35,223 nucleotides of DNA from Anaerolineae bacterium (GTDB lineage: Bacteria > Chloroflexota > Anaerolineae > Aggregatilineales > Phototrophicaceae): contig DAOTWU010000437.1 in the NCBI GenBank assembly GCA_034435735.1, positions 1 to 35,223 on the forward strand, written 5' to 3'. The notes beneath the pieces are model-generated. The model was not told the origin of the DNA, made no database searches, and worked only from the letters and a program-made list of their open reading frames with translations. The translations under genes were made by a program, and so were the position numbers. Position 1 is the stretch's first letter, and each line of letters begins with the position of its first letter. Below are positions 35,121 to 35,223 of this stretch, piece by piece.

Positions 35121-35223
35121 CTGCTTAAAGGTAGGTTGGGGAAATTTGTGTGGGAAAATTCCCGCCCTAAATGTAACGGTAGGCATTGTTAAGTCACGTG
35201 TGCTAAAATGCGCGCGTTTATGA

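Noticed and set aside
1-35223. CRISPR arrays, IS elements or long repeats
   Set aside because: Visual scanning found no regularly spaced direct repeats, inverted terminal repeats or transposase-like ORFs. The only repeats seen are short promoter-level motifs.

Overview
This is a densely packed 35.2-kb chromosomal window of roughly 50% GC by eye. I call about 29 CDSs, one tRNA and one riboswitch. There is no CRISPR array, transposase, integrase or long repeat. Most genes are housekeeping: gyrB, tyrS, alaS, ruvX, mltG, secG, ctpA, a TPP-riboswitch-controlled thiBPQ thiamine importer, rtcB, a pyrimidine-nucleoside phosphorylase, mtnA, a nicotinate phosphoribosyltransferase, a PfkB kinase, a zinc alcohol dehydrogenase and a DsbA-like oxidoreductase. 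Membrane-anchored binding proteins with Pro/Thr linkers, BTAD regulators and very tight gene packing suggest a Chloroflexota-like organism. That is only a guess and cannot be verified from the sequence alone. I see no clear-cut novel system such as a defence island. Four loci are worth following up. (1) A CoA-transferase-like A/B pair appears to lack the catalytic glutamate motif in B. Its two genes are split 5 kb apart: B follows rtcB, and A follows an ADP-ribosylglycohydrolase-YjbR pair. (2) A motif-degenerate orphan CpaF/VirB11-like ATPase is translationally coupled (ATGA overlap) to the NAPRT gene, inside a nucleoside/NAD salvage neighbourhood. (3) A membrane-anchored protein with a baseplate-J-like domain is inserted in the conserved alaS-ruvX-mltG operon. 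(4) A truncated LivK/LpoA-like lipoprotein gene overlaps the mltG stop. All functional calls rest on motifs recognised by eye, since no database search was possible.
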